Origin: Candidatus Hydrogenedentota bacterium
Lineage (GTDB): Bacteria; UBA8481; J006
Assembly: GCA_003697085.1 (NCBI GenBank)
Contig: RFFU01000078.1
Span: 3,152 to 67,151, forward strand
DNA: 64,000 nucleotides
Reading direction: 5' to 3'
Part shown: piece after piece, positions 17,562 to 26,911 of the stretch
Layout of the letters: every line of letters begins with the position of its first letter
Numbering within the stretch: position 1 is the first letter of the stretch
The notes under the pieces: generated by a model
What the model was told of the DNA's origin: nothing
The model's database searches: none
The model's input: the letters and a program-made list of their open reading frames with translations, nothing else
Made by a program: the position numbers and the translations under genes

Positions 17562-19286
17562 CTAACGGTAGATCAAATCGCGGAAGGTCTTGCCGGACGG
17601 GATCATCGGAAGAACGTGCTCTTGGTAGGGGGTGATGACGTCGAGCACGAAGGCGGTTTTGGCCGCCAGCATCTCGTCCAGCGCATCCGCCACTTCTTCC
17701 AACTTCGTCACGCGGCGGCCCGGAATACGATACCCTTGGGCGATGGCGACGAAGTCGGGATAGGGGCCGTCCGCCTCGGGATCTCCGATATATGTGTGAG
17801 CCCGGTTCGCGCCATAGAAACGATCTTCCCACTGCGCCACCATCCCGAGGTGCTGATTGTTAAGAATGAGCGATTTCACGGGAATGCGATCGGAATAACA
17901 GGTCGCCAGTTCTTGAATGTTCATCTGGAAAGAACCGTCACCGTCGATGTTGATGACCGTAGCCTCGGGACGAGCGAGTTGTGCTCCCATCGCCGCGGGA
18001 AGACCAAACCCCATCGTGCCGAGCCCACCCGAAGTAAGCCAACGCCGCGGTTCCTCAAAGGTGAGAAACTGTGCCGCGAACATCTGGTGCTGCCCGACTC
18101 CCGTCGTCACGATCGTCTCCGAGGTCAACCTTTGGTTCAAAAGGCTCAACACGGCCTGCGGCGTGATCTTCTCCCCCATATCCGGAATATGGAAGGGCTT
18201 GTCTCTGCGCACTCCATCCAATTCTTCGATCCAACGATCGTGATTCTTTTCCTGGAGCATCGGAAGGAGCCGTTTCAAACTTTCCTTGAGATCCGCCACA
18301 ATGCCGATGTCCGCTCGCTTGTTCTTGTTCAGTTCACTGGCGTCGATGTCGATATGCACGATCGTGCCGTGCTTACAGAACTCGTCAAGTTTTCCGGTAA
18401 CCCGATCATCGAAACGAACGCCGAAGGCCAAAAGCAGGTCCGCGTGATGAACGGCGTAGTTCGAAGCGACGGATCCATGCATCCCAAGCATTCCGTAAAA
18501 GAGAGGATGCGAACCGGGAACGACCCCGAGGCCGAGCAGGGTCTGCGCCACCGGAATCCGACATTTTTCGACCAAGGCGCGAATCTCTTCCGCGGCACCT
18601 GACGCCACCGCTCCTCCGCCGACATATAAGACGGGCTTGTGCGCCGCGGCAATCGCTTCTGCTACTTTCTTGAGTGCCTCCTCCGGCGGGTCAGGGGGAC
18701 TCAGCGATTTTCGGAAAAGAGAACGTGTGATCTCGCCGGGCGGCGCATCCACGGATTGTTGGACATCCTTCGGGATATCCACGACCACGGGACCCGGACG
18801 CCCGCTGACTGCTAATTTGAAAGCATCGTGAATTACGACGGGAAGATCGTCGAGAGATTTCACGAGAAAGGCATGTTTTGTGATCGGCCGTGTCACCCCC
18901 GTCACGTCCGTTTCCTGAAACGCGTCTCGGCCGATCATCGCTGTGGGAACCTGCCCCGTGATGCAGATGATCGGGACGGAATCCATCATCGCATCAGCGA
19001 CGGGGGTGACCAGGTTTGTGGCGCCGGGGCCGGAGGTAGTGAGAACCACGCCGGGCTTTCCCGTCGCTCGGGCATAGCCTTGTGCCGCGAACCCACCCCC
19101 TTGCTCGTGACGAACGAGCACTAAACGAAGGCGGGCTCCCTTTTCCTCGACTCGCGTTATCGCCTGGTGGATCTCCATCGAGGCCCCCCCCGGATATCCG
19201 AAGATGATCTCGGTTCCTTCTCGAACAAGAGAGTCAACGACGATATCGGCTCCCTTCATCAAGGATTTTTCCGAGGCGGATATCAT
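17562..19286 (-). CDS. ilvB: Acetolactate synthase (AHAS) large subunit
   Basis: Motifs seen: GYPGGASMEIHQA, GLGTMGFGLPAAMGA and IDGDGSFQMNIQEL (the ThDP motif). The protein is 574 aa. Confidence 0.92.
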   Translation of the reverse strand: MISASEKSLMKGADIVVDSLVREGTEIIFGYPGGASMEIHQAITRVEEKGARLRLVLVRHEQGGGFAAQGYARATGKPGVVLTTSGPGATNLVTPVADAMMDSVPIICITGQVPTAMIGRDAFQETDVTGVTRPITKHAFLVKSLDDLPVVIHDAFKLAVSGRPGPVVVDIPKDVQQSVDAPPGEITRSLFRKSLSPPDPPEEALKKVAEAIAAAHKPVLYVGGGAVASGAAEEIRALVEKCRIPVAQTLLGLGVVPGSHPLFYGMLGMHGSVASNYAVHHADLLLAFGVRFDDRVTGKLDEFCKHGTIVHIDIDASELNKNKRADIGIVADLKESLKRLLPMLQEKNHDRWIEELDGVRRDKPFHIPDMGEKITPQAVLSLLNQRLTSETIVTTGVGQHQMFAAQFLTFEEPRRWLTSGGLGTMGFGLPAAMGAQLARPEATVINIDGDGSFQMNIQELATCYSDRIPVKSLILNNQHLGMVAQWEDRFYGANRAHTYIGDPEADGPYPDFVAIAQGYRIPGRRVTKLEEVADALDEMLAAKTAFVLDVITPYQEHVLPMIPSGKTFRDLIYR

Positions 19287-19402
19287 TGTTTTTCGCTTTC
19301 CACTTTCTTCACATCTTTCCCTTCGTCTCTCGAAACATAAAACTCACGCGTCCGATTTGCGTCCCACTCCCCCGCAGCATCTCTCCAGAAGGAAATTCGG
19401 AC

Positions 19403-19723
19403 CTAGGCCAACCCGAGCCGCTTTCGTTTTTCCTCGGCCGTCGGAAGAGGATCGCGACGCTCCGTGATATTGACCGCTTCCGGGCACTGCGACCGTTCCG
19501 CGTTTAATTCGATATATTGTTGCTGATCTTCCGGCACATCCGCCTCGGCAAAGATCGCCTCCACGGGACACGCGGGAACACAGGCGTTGCAATCGATGCA
19601 TTCGTCCGGATGAATGTAGAGCATCCTGTCTTCCTCAACGACATAGAAACAACTGACAGGACACTCCTCCACACAGTCCGTAAACAAGCAGTCCTTGCAA
19701 TTCTCCGTTACGACGTAAGCCAT
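19403..19723 (-). CDS. fdxA: 7Fe (3Fe-4S/4Fe-4S) ferredoxin, FdxA type
   Basis: From ORF 19403..19786, trimmed to MAYVVTENCKDCLFTDCVEECPVSCF...HPDECIDCNACVPACPVEAIF. This is near-collinear with Azotobacter-type FdI. Confidence 0.9.
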   Translation of the reverse strand: MAYVVTENCKDCLFTDCVEECPVSCFYVVEEDRMLYIHPDECIDCNACVPACPVEAIFAEADVPEDQQQYIELNAERSQCPEAVNITERRDPLPTAEEKRKRLGLA

Positions 19724-19878
19724 CGCCCTTCCTCCTCTTCTCCACTCCGCCTCGAGGTTTTCGCGGCGGAAATGATCTCGCGGCATTCGAAGGTCCGCCT
19801 GCCGCGGCGGAGAGTATAATCCTTCCCAAAAATAAAGTCGATACCCTCGCCGGCTCTTTTTTCCAAATATCTCGGAGA

Positions 19879-20355
19879 TTAGGACTCGTTCTTTAGGACG
19901 GCTTGAATTTCATCAAACGACGGCAGCACCTTCGGATCGTCGGAAACCCACGCGTAACGAATCGTCCCGTCCGGTCCGACGACGAAGGCCGACCGCTTTG
20001 CAACTCCTTTGAGTCCTACCAGTTCCTCGTGAGCGCAATCAAAGGCCTGAATCGCTTCCTTGTTGAAGTCGGACCAGAATTCGTATTGGAATCCTTCCTT
20101 CTCCGCCCAGAGTTTCTGTGCAAAGGGGGAATCCACGGAAATGGCAATCACCCGCGCCTTCAAATTCTTGTACTGTTGCAACGTGTCGCGGATCGTACAG
20201 AGTTCCTTTTCGCACACTCCGGTGTTGACCAACGGGAAGAAGAGAAGAACCGTTGTTTCGCCTTTCAGGTCCGATGTGTTGACGGTCTGCGGTCCCGCTT
20301 CTCCCAACGCAACAAGTGACGCGGAAGGAACGGGAGAACCTACGGTTACTGGCAT
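19879..20355 (-). CDS. Peroxiredoxin (AhpC/TSA-redoxin family)
   Basis: It contains LLFFPLVNTGVCEKELC, which holds the peroxidatic Cys in a thioredoxin-fold context. The protein is 158 aa. Confidence 0.85.
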   Translation of the reverse strand: MPVTVGSPVPSASLVALGEAGPQTVNTSDLKGETTVLLFFPLVNTGVCEKELCTIRDTLQQYKNLKARVIAISVDSPFAQKLWAEKEGFQYEFWSDFNKEAIQAFDCAHEELVGLKGVAKRSAFVVGPDGTIRYAWVSDDPKVLPSFDEIQAVLKNES

Positions 20356-20564
20356 GGTAAAGCCTCCTTTATCGATCGAATTGTGTGGGGAAGAAGACTT
20401 CCCTCACCGTGGATGCCGAATTATAGGCGCCGAAATCGAAAGAGAAAAGAATATTCCGACTTAGACAGTGAGATTTTTCCTTGGAAACGTTCGTCGGCGA
20501 CATTCTGCCCCGGCGCTGTTCGGACAGTCGGCGCGCGCCCTCCTTCGCCCAATGCCTTCCCCGA

Positions 20565-21470
20565 TTACGAACCCGACTCCACGGGGGCAACCGGGCGCAC
20601 GGCGTCCCAACCTCGTTCAGCGTGGTAGGAGGAGCGGACAAGCGGACCGGATTCGACATGTGCGAACCCCAGTGTGATTCCGGTACGCCGCCAATGTTCG
20701 AACTCGTCGGGATGAACGAAACGTTGAACGGGAAGATGCCGCCGAGAAGGACGAAGATATTGTCCGATGGTGAAGATTGAAACTCCGGCGGCAACGGCGT
20801 CGCGCATGACGGGAAGAATCTCGTCGACCTCCTCGCCGATACCCACCATAATGCCGGACTTCGTTCGAAAGCCGGCTTCCGACGCACGAGAGAGAATCTC
20901 CAGGGAAAAACTATAATCCGATTTCGGCCGTACCTGCGGATAAAGCCGCGGGACGGTCTCGAGGTTGTGAGCGAGAACGTCTGGTCGGGCATCGAGGACC
21001 GTCTCCAAGGCGCCGTCCTTTCCCCGAAAGTCAGGAATGAGGACTTCGATCGTCGCCTTCGTGCTTTGTCTCACGGCGCGAATGGTTTCGGCCCACTGAA
21101 ACGCCCCTCCGTCGGGGAGATCGTCTCGATCCACAGACGTGATAACGACGTGGCGGAGTCTCATTCGTTTTGCGGCCTCGGCCACCCGTTGGGGTTCTTC
21201 CGAGAGAGGCGCGGCGGGCCGGCCGCTCTTGACGGCGCAAAAGCCGCAAGAACGCGTGCAGACATCGCCCAGGATCATGAAGGTCGCGGTACCATGACTC
21301 CAGCACTCACCAATGTTCGGGCAGAGCGCGCTCTCACAGACGGTGTGAAGACCTCGGTCACCAAGGAGACGCGCGACGGCCGCGGCGGTTTCTCCGGATG
21401 GAAGGCGCCCGCGGATCCACGGAGGCTTCCGTGCTCTCAACGACAGCCCGGTTTCTCTCAGTCTCACCAT
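20565..21470 (-). CDS. lipA: Lipoyl synthase
   Basis: It contains CESALCPNIGECW and the radical-SAM motif CTRSCGFCAV. Confidence 0.95.
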   Translation of the reverse strand: MVRLRETGLSLRARKPPWIRGRLPSGETAAAVARLLGDRGLHTVCESALCPNIGECWSHGTATFMILGDVCTRSCGFCAVKSGRPAAPLSEEPQRVAEAAKRMRLRHVVITSVDRDDLPDGGAFQWAETIRAVRQSTKATIEVLIPDFRGKDGALETVLDARPDVLAHNLETVPRLYPQVRPKSDYSFSLEILSRASEAGFRTKSGIMVGIGEEVDEILPVMRDAVAAGVSIFTIGQYLRPSRRHLPVQRFVHPDEFEHWRRTGITLGFAHVESGPLVRSSYHAERGWDAVRPVAPVESGS

Positions 21471-21938
21471 TCAAGACATCCTTTCCTTTCGTCTCTTGGA
21501 GAAGACGTGAAGACGATACCTTCCTGGTGAGACGGCGGCAAGGGTGCACGGCGAAAAAAGGGGCGCTTTTTGACGAAAATGAAAAAGACGCGGCCTCCAG
21601 GTCTTGCTTGCCAGTAGGCACGGTGGCTCAATGGGGAGCAGACCAGGGAATTTTGATTCCAATGCTCGTTCCTCCAAGAAGGCCTTTCCAGCGACCTTTA
21701 CCTCCGCCGACAATCTTTCGTCGCCCGGCGGCGGTGGAACCTCGAAATATCTCTCGTCCGCGTAGGTCGGGCTTAAACCCGGTTTCGAGGCTCTTCGCCG
21801 GCGCGGAAATTTTCCGATTCGAAAGAAAGTTTCGTCTTCCAGGAAGATTCCTTCTCGTGTACCTTCCCCTTCACCGGCGTTCGTCGACTGTGGAATTTCC
21901 GAAGTTCTCCGCGGGAACGGAAGAGGTGAGGAAAAAAG

Positions 21939-22931
21939 ATGAGCAAGAAGAACGAGATTTCCCCGGCGAGGAAATGGCTTTCCTATCGTCCGGAAATAAA
22001 GGTCTTGGACTGCACGATTCGAGACGGGGGGTTGATGAACAACCACCGTTTCAGCGACGAGGTCGTTCGGGCGGTCTACCGCGCGTGTGTCGAAGGGGGG
22101 ATCGACTACATGGAGTTCGGATACAAGGCATCGACGGAAAGTTTTCCTCCGGACGAATACGGCCCATGGAAATTTTGCCGCGAGGAGGACGTACGGCGCA
22201 TCGTAGGTGACAACGATACCGACTTGAAACTTTCCGTTATGGCCGACGTCGGGCGGACAAACTACAAGGAAGACATCTTGCCGTCCGAGGAGAGCATCTT
22301 CGACATGGTGCGAGTCGCCGCCTACATCCATCAAATTCCCGCGGCGCTCGATATGATTCACGATGCACACGAAAAAGGTTACGAAACCACGCTCAATCTC
22401 ATGGCGGTTTCAACGATCCCCGACTACGAATTGGAACAGGGACTCGAGATGGCCGTGCAATCAGAGGTGGGGACGATCTACGTCGTCGATAGTTTCGGAG
22501 CGCTCTACAGCGAACAAGTCCATTACCTCGTCCGCAAATACCTCGATTTTGCCGGAAAGGCCGGGAAGCGCGTGGGAATGCACGCCCACAACAACCTCGG
22601 CCTCGGCTTTGCCAATACGATCGAGGCGATCATCGAGGGAGCGGAATTGCTCGACGGAAGTATGGCGGGGTTGGGCCGAGGAGCCGGCAACTGTCAGACG
22701 GAACTTCTGTTGGGTTTTCTTCATAATCCCAAATATCGGCTTCGGCCGGTCATCGAGTGTATTCAGAACCACATCGAACCGATGCGAAAGGATCTTCTTT
22801 GGGGACTCGACATTCCCTATATGCTTACGGGTTTTCTGAACCAGCATCCCCGTGACGCGATCAAGTTCAATACCACCGAGGATCGTGGAAATCTTGTAAA
22901 ATTCTTTGATCAGATGATGGAAAAGGAATAG
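21939..22931 (+). CDS. HMGL-like (DRE-TIM metallolyase/pyruvate carboxyltransferase domain) aldolase-family protein
   Basis: Motifs seen: VLDCTIRDGGLMNN and HAHNNLGLGFANT. GAGGTGAGGAAAAAAG precedes the ATG. Confidence 0.7.
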   Translation: MSKKNEISPARKWLSYRPEIKVLDCTIRDGGLMNNHRFSDEVVRAVYRACVEGGIDYMEFGYKASTESFPPDEYGPWKFCREEDVRRIVGDNDTDLKLSVMADVGRTNYKEDILPSEESIFDMVRVAAYIHQIPAALDMIHDAHEKGYETTLNLMAVSTIPDYELEQGLEMAVQSEVGTIYVVDSFGALYSEQVHYLVRKYLDFAGKAGKRVGMHAHNNLGLGFANTIEAIIEGAELLDGSMAGLGRGAGNCQTELLLGFLHNPKYRLRPVIECIQNHIEPMRKDLLWGLDIPYMLTGFLNQHPRDAIKFNTTEDRGNLVKFFDQMMEKE

Positions 22932-23409
22932 GAGAGGTTTTCTTCGTCGAGAACCGGACCGCCTATCTTTCCGTTTTCCCTTACATCCTTCCTCCTCCCA
23001 ATCTTTTCTATCAATCAGCGCCCACTGCTTTGCCCCCTACGGCAGCCCCGCCTTCCCTGCCTGCCGACGCGCACGGCGGCAATCTCGGAAGAAAAACCAA
23101 CACACCAAGGTATTGTGCCATTCGGGACTTCTTCCCGCAGGCAAGACGCCTGCGTTCCCAGGTTCCGAACTTTTTTCTTTCTTCCTTTCCAGTATTTCCC
23201 CTTCCCTTCTGCCTTCCCTTTTTTCCGCGTGTTCCGTGTTTTCCGCGTGGTCCTTCGCAAACAAGAGTCTCCGCGCTCCACCGACTTCTTTATTTCGTCA
23301 TTCTCGATTCGTTCCGTATTATTCCATTCTTAGCGGGGGTTCTCTTCCTTCCGTGTTCCCCGTGTGCTTCGCTGCCTCTTCATATGCGACTCGCAGGTAT
23401 CCGGGCAAT

Positions 23410-24027
23410 TTAATACTCGTCGTAGCGCTTCCCTTCGGTCGAAAGCGAATTGTTATTGATCCTCAGTTTTCCGTCCGTATTTCGATAATGCCATCCCCGA
23501 AAATTTCCGACCGGATTGCCGCTGGGAGGCAAAAGATTCGATTGCCAGACCCCGTTGGATGGGACTTTGGCACCGTCGGCCCAGGTCCAATTGCCTTGAT
23601 CCGCAACCTCGGCGAGAGGGATCACCGAAAGAAACTGACTCATCTCCGCCGAAACGTGGAAATTCTGCCCTTCGTCCTGACCACCTGACATTCCGTCACC
23701 CGCCGCCCAATTCTCCGAACCCGCCGGCGGCGTGAACCAGTTTCCTTCCTTCAACGTCCACGGCCACCCTCCCGTCGGATTTCCGCCGAAGTTTTGGTCC
23801 TTGTTCACGAGAGAATAATTCATATAGATCGCCGTCCGCAACGTGTTCAAACCAGCAAAGGTCCGCCCTTCCTTCGCCTTGCGAAGTGCATGTCGAATGT
23901 TCGTCAGCATTACAGCGGCCAGAATCCCAATGATCGTGACCACGACAAGCAACTCGATCAGCGTGAATCCGCGCGCAACGCGAACTCTTTGCCCACCAAT
24001 CTTTCTTCTCGGCCGATGCGATGGCAA
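23410..24027 (-). CDS. Prepilin-type N-terminal cleavage/methylation domain protein (pseudopilin-like)
   Basis: It contains ARG|FTLIELLVVVTIIGILAAV, the classic class III signal. Confidence 0.8.
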   Translation of the reverse strand: MPSHRPRRKIGGQRVRVARGFTLIELLVVVTIIGILAAVMLTNIRHALRKAKEGRTFAGLNTLRTAIYMNYSLVNKDQNFGGNPTGGWPWTLKEGNWFTPPAGSENWAAGDGMSGGQDEGQNFHVSAEMSQFLSVIPLAEVADQGNWTWADGAKVPSNGVWQSNLLPPSGNPVGNFRGWHYRNTDGKLRINNNSLSTEGKRYDEY

Positions 24028-24472
24028 TGTCCTTTTTCACCCCGTTTCTTCTTCCATCTTGAAGCGTCTCATCGAAATCCTTACCGGTCCAATTGCCCGT
24101 TCAATCCACCCTCCAAACGAATTCACTCACTCCACATCACATAATGCAAGCGTTTGCACTAGAGTGAAGTATAGGATATTCTGTGCTATAATGTCAATAG
24201 TCGGGAAGGAAAACTTTCGGTCTATCGTTTTCCGGCCATCTGGTTTTGGCAAAAGGTGTGGCGCGCCATTCCCAAAATCCGGCGATGGGAGCCGCCTCTC
24301 GAAGCGCCACCGGAAAAAACGATGACCGGAAGAGTGTGTCTTTCGAAGATTTTACGTTCCCTCGCGGTTCCTTCCTTGGCGCGATATTTGCTCGGAGTTG
24401 AAGAAAAATGAATTGTTTTCAAAGTTATGTCAAGGACTTGAAACAGGGAAGGGGGTTGTCGATAAGAGAGAT

Positions 24473-26827
24473 ATGAAACGCGTTTTTCCCGTTATTCTGG
24501 TCTCGATGGTTCTTCTCGGAACGGGTTTTTCTCTGGGGAACCCGGGGCGCAATTCACGAATATCGAGCGGATATCTTGCCGTCGAGCCGGCTTATGCCGG
24601 TTTCACGCGGACACTACCTCGGAACCGCGCCTTATTGCCTTTTGAACGATTCGAGCGGTATCGCGACCAAGGCGAGTGGGACTCGGCCGTGAAGGTTTTG
24701 ACGGCGATTCTACGAGAGAATAAGCGGCTTCTGCCCTACGTCAACGCGGCTTTTGCGGAGTTAGAGATAGCCCGGGGGGAGACGACGAGCGCGATGGTGT
24801 ACGCGGCTTCGGCGGCGGCCACACTGGACCGGGCGGTGGCCCGTTCGGCCGCCCGACTCCTGGCCGGATGGAAAGAAGCCGCGGGAGAGACGGCGGTGGC
24901 ATTCCGAATTTACGGGAGGCTGGCGGCGGCTCCTGAAAACGACCGCCGTTTCGAAGACGCAATGGAAGCGGAGCGCTTGAGGATGCGGCTGGGGGACACC
25001 CAAACAGCCCTGATGCATCTGAAACGTCTTTTGAAACACGAAAGAAATCCCCAACGAAGGGCCCGGATCGTCGAACAGGTTCTTGCCGCCGAAAATCCTT
25101 CCTCGATCAAAACGTTGAGACGTTATGCGGATGCGTATTACACCGCCGGCGATTTTCCAAAGGCGCGGCGGCTCTATTACCGTGCCTTCTCGATAGCCCG
25201 TTCCGGAAAGCGCCCTTCGCGCGGGTACTCGCGAGGCGAGGCGGAGCTGATCTACCGACAGGCGCGCAGCGAAGAGCGGGCGGACGACTTTCGAACCGCA
25301 ATTCGCACTTACAAGAAAATCCGCGCTCACGCTCCCAAATACCGTCCGGAGGAGATCTATTATCGGATCGGACTTTGTTACCAAAGGTTGGGAAAAGACA
25401 GGACGGGGGAAAAGTATTTCCGCAAGGCATTGCGCGCGACCAGAAAGCCACGCCATCGCGACGACATCTGGTATCGAATGGCTTTACGCCGAGATAACAG
25501 GAAGCATCGGAAAGAGGCGGTCGCGTTCTATTCCAAGATCTTGAAGCACCATTCACGGTCCTCGTGGGCGGACGACGCGGCGTGGAGAATCGGTTTGGGG
25601 CTTCTGGAGGACGGGAAGGAAGAGGCGGCCCTGGCGGCTTTCGAGAAGGCCCTGAAGCGTTATCCCCGTTCGGACTACGCTCCGGCATTCGCCTACTGGC
25701 GTGGAAGAATCCTCGAACGGATGGGGAGACGCGCGGAGGCGGCCGCCGCATACGCTGCCGTGCTCGAAACCCCCGGAATGCCGTACTATCGGGCGCGGGC
25801 CGTGGAGGGCTTCGAACGTTTGGGAGCGGAACTTCCCGACACGATGGAAAAAACGGCGAAGGAATTTTATGAGCGCGGAGAGACGATCGCGGGAATGAAT
25901 CGTCTCCGGGTCGTCAGGGAAATCGGAACGAACGAGCGTTCCGTCGCCGCTGCCCGTCAGTTGCGGAAGTGGGTTCTTGAATCTCCACCGTGGGGAGCAT
26001 TAGCCGAGGCCACAGGCGGCGCTTTCGAATCGAGGATTCTCTCGACCATTGAAGGAGCGCGGGGAAACGAGGTTTCGAAGGAGCGGTTGGAGGAGATCGA
26101 AGCGTTGATCGGGATCGGGGCGTTTGGTCTGGCAGGTCAGGAACTGTTGGCGACGGGGGTAACCCCCCCCGATCAACCCGAAAAGCGCGTTATGCTGGCT
26201 CGTCTGATGGCGGAAGCGGGGCGGTACCGCGAAGCGATTCGAGAAGTGGGAAGCGTGGTGGAAGCGAGCCCGGTTCCGGTCGATCCTCTTTCCGTCCCAC
26301 CGCTCGTCGCCGATCTCTGGTATCCGCATTTCTACGCCGATCTTGCCCGCCGGGAGGCGCGGCGTTACGGGATCGATACCCGTCTCATTTTAGCCGTCAT
26401 TCGCGAGGAATCGCGTTTTCAAGCAGACGTAGCCTCTTGGGCGGGAGCGCGCGGCCTGATGCAGATTATGCCATCCACCGGAAGAATGTTGGCGAAAAGC
26501 ACCGGTTTGGAAGACTTCCACGTATCCTGGTTGAATCGTCCCGAAATCAACCTTCGGCTCGGAGTACACTATCTCAATAACCTCGCAAAGATGTACGGGG
26601 GACGTTGGTTTCTGGCCCTCGCGGGATACAACGCCGGTCCCGGAAACACGAATCGATGGGTCCGCCAGTTTCCCGTCGAGGACGAGGAAAGTTGGATCGA
26701 GCGGATCGAATTTCGCGAGACGCGGCGTTATGTGAAGAAGGTTCTGGGAACGTACGCAATTTACCGCCAGTTGGATGGAGAACGATTGCGTTTGACGAAT
26801 GCATTCAAAACGCACGGCGAAGGTTAA
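24473..26827 (+). CDS. Soluble lytic murein transglycosylase (Slt70-like; TPR/superhelical N-domain plus SLT domain)
   Basis: From ORF 24398..26827, trimmed to MKRVFPVILVSMVLLGTGFSLG (signal peptide). The SLT domain shows AVIREESRFQADVASWAGARGLMQIMPSTG and ALAGYNAGPGN. Confidence 0.85.
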   Translation: MKRVFPVILVSMVLLGTGFSLGNPGRNSRISSGYLAVEPAYAGFTRTLPRNRALLPFERFERYRDQGEWDSAVKVLTAILRENKRLLPYVNAAFAELEIARGETTSAMVYAASAAATLDRAVARSAARLLAGWKEAAGETAVAFRIYGRLAAAPENDRRFEDAMEAERLRMRLGDTQTALMHLKRLLKHERNPQRRARIVEQVLAAENPSSIKTLRRYADAYYTAGDFPKARRLYYRAFSIARSGKRPSRGYSRGEAELIYRQARSEERADDFRTAIRTYKKIRAHAPKYRPEEIYYRIGLCYQRLGKDRTGEKYFRKALRATRKPRHRDDIWYRMALRRDNRKHRKEAVAFYSKILKHHSRSSWADDAAWRIGLGLLEDGKEEAALAAFEKALKRYPRSDYAPAFAYWRGRILERMGRRAEAAAAYAAVLETPGMPYYRARAVEGFERLGAELPDTMEKTAKEFYERGETIAGMNRLRVVREIGTNERSVAAARQLRKWVLESPPWGALAEATGGAFESRILSTIEGARGNEVSKERLEEIEALIGIGAFGLAGQELLATGVTPPDQPEKRVMLARLMAEAGRYREAIREVGSVVEASPVPVDPLSVPPLVADLWYPHFYADLARREARRYGIDTRLILAVIREESRFQADVASWAGARGLMQIMPSTGRMLAKSTGLEDFHVSWLNRPEINLRLGVHYLNNLAKMYGGRWFLALAGYNAGPGNTNRWVRQFPVEDEESWIERIEFRETRRYVKKVLGTYAIYRQLDGERLRLTNAFKTHGEG

Positions 26828-26911
26828 AGGGAGAGGAAAGCAGGAAGGAGAAAGACGGCAGAGCTCCTGCTTGAAAAGAAGACCTGATCGCCTATACTTT
26901 CTCTCCAGCGG

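Noticed and set aside
17517-18602. A 361-aa ORF on the plus strand
   Set aside because: It is antisense to ilvB.
21615-21670. A tRNA-like fragment (GGCTCAATGGGGAGC resembles a D-arm)
   Set aside because: I could not build a 7-bp acceptor stem, an anticodon stem or a T-arm (no GTTCRANYC) around it.
21471-22370. A 299-aa ORF on the minus strand
   Set aside because: Its 5' half is antisense to the HMGL-like gene, and the rest covers a structured spacer. It has no recognisable family and no SD.
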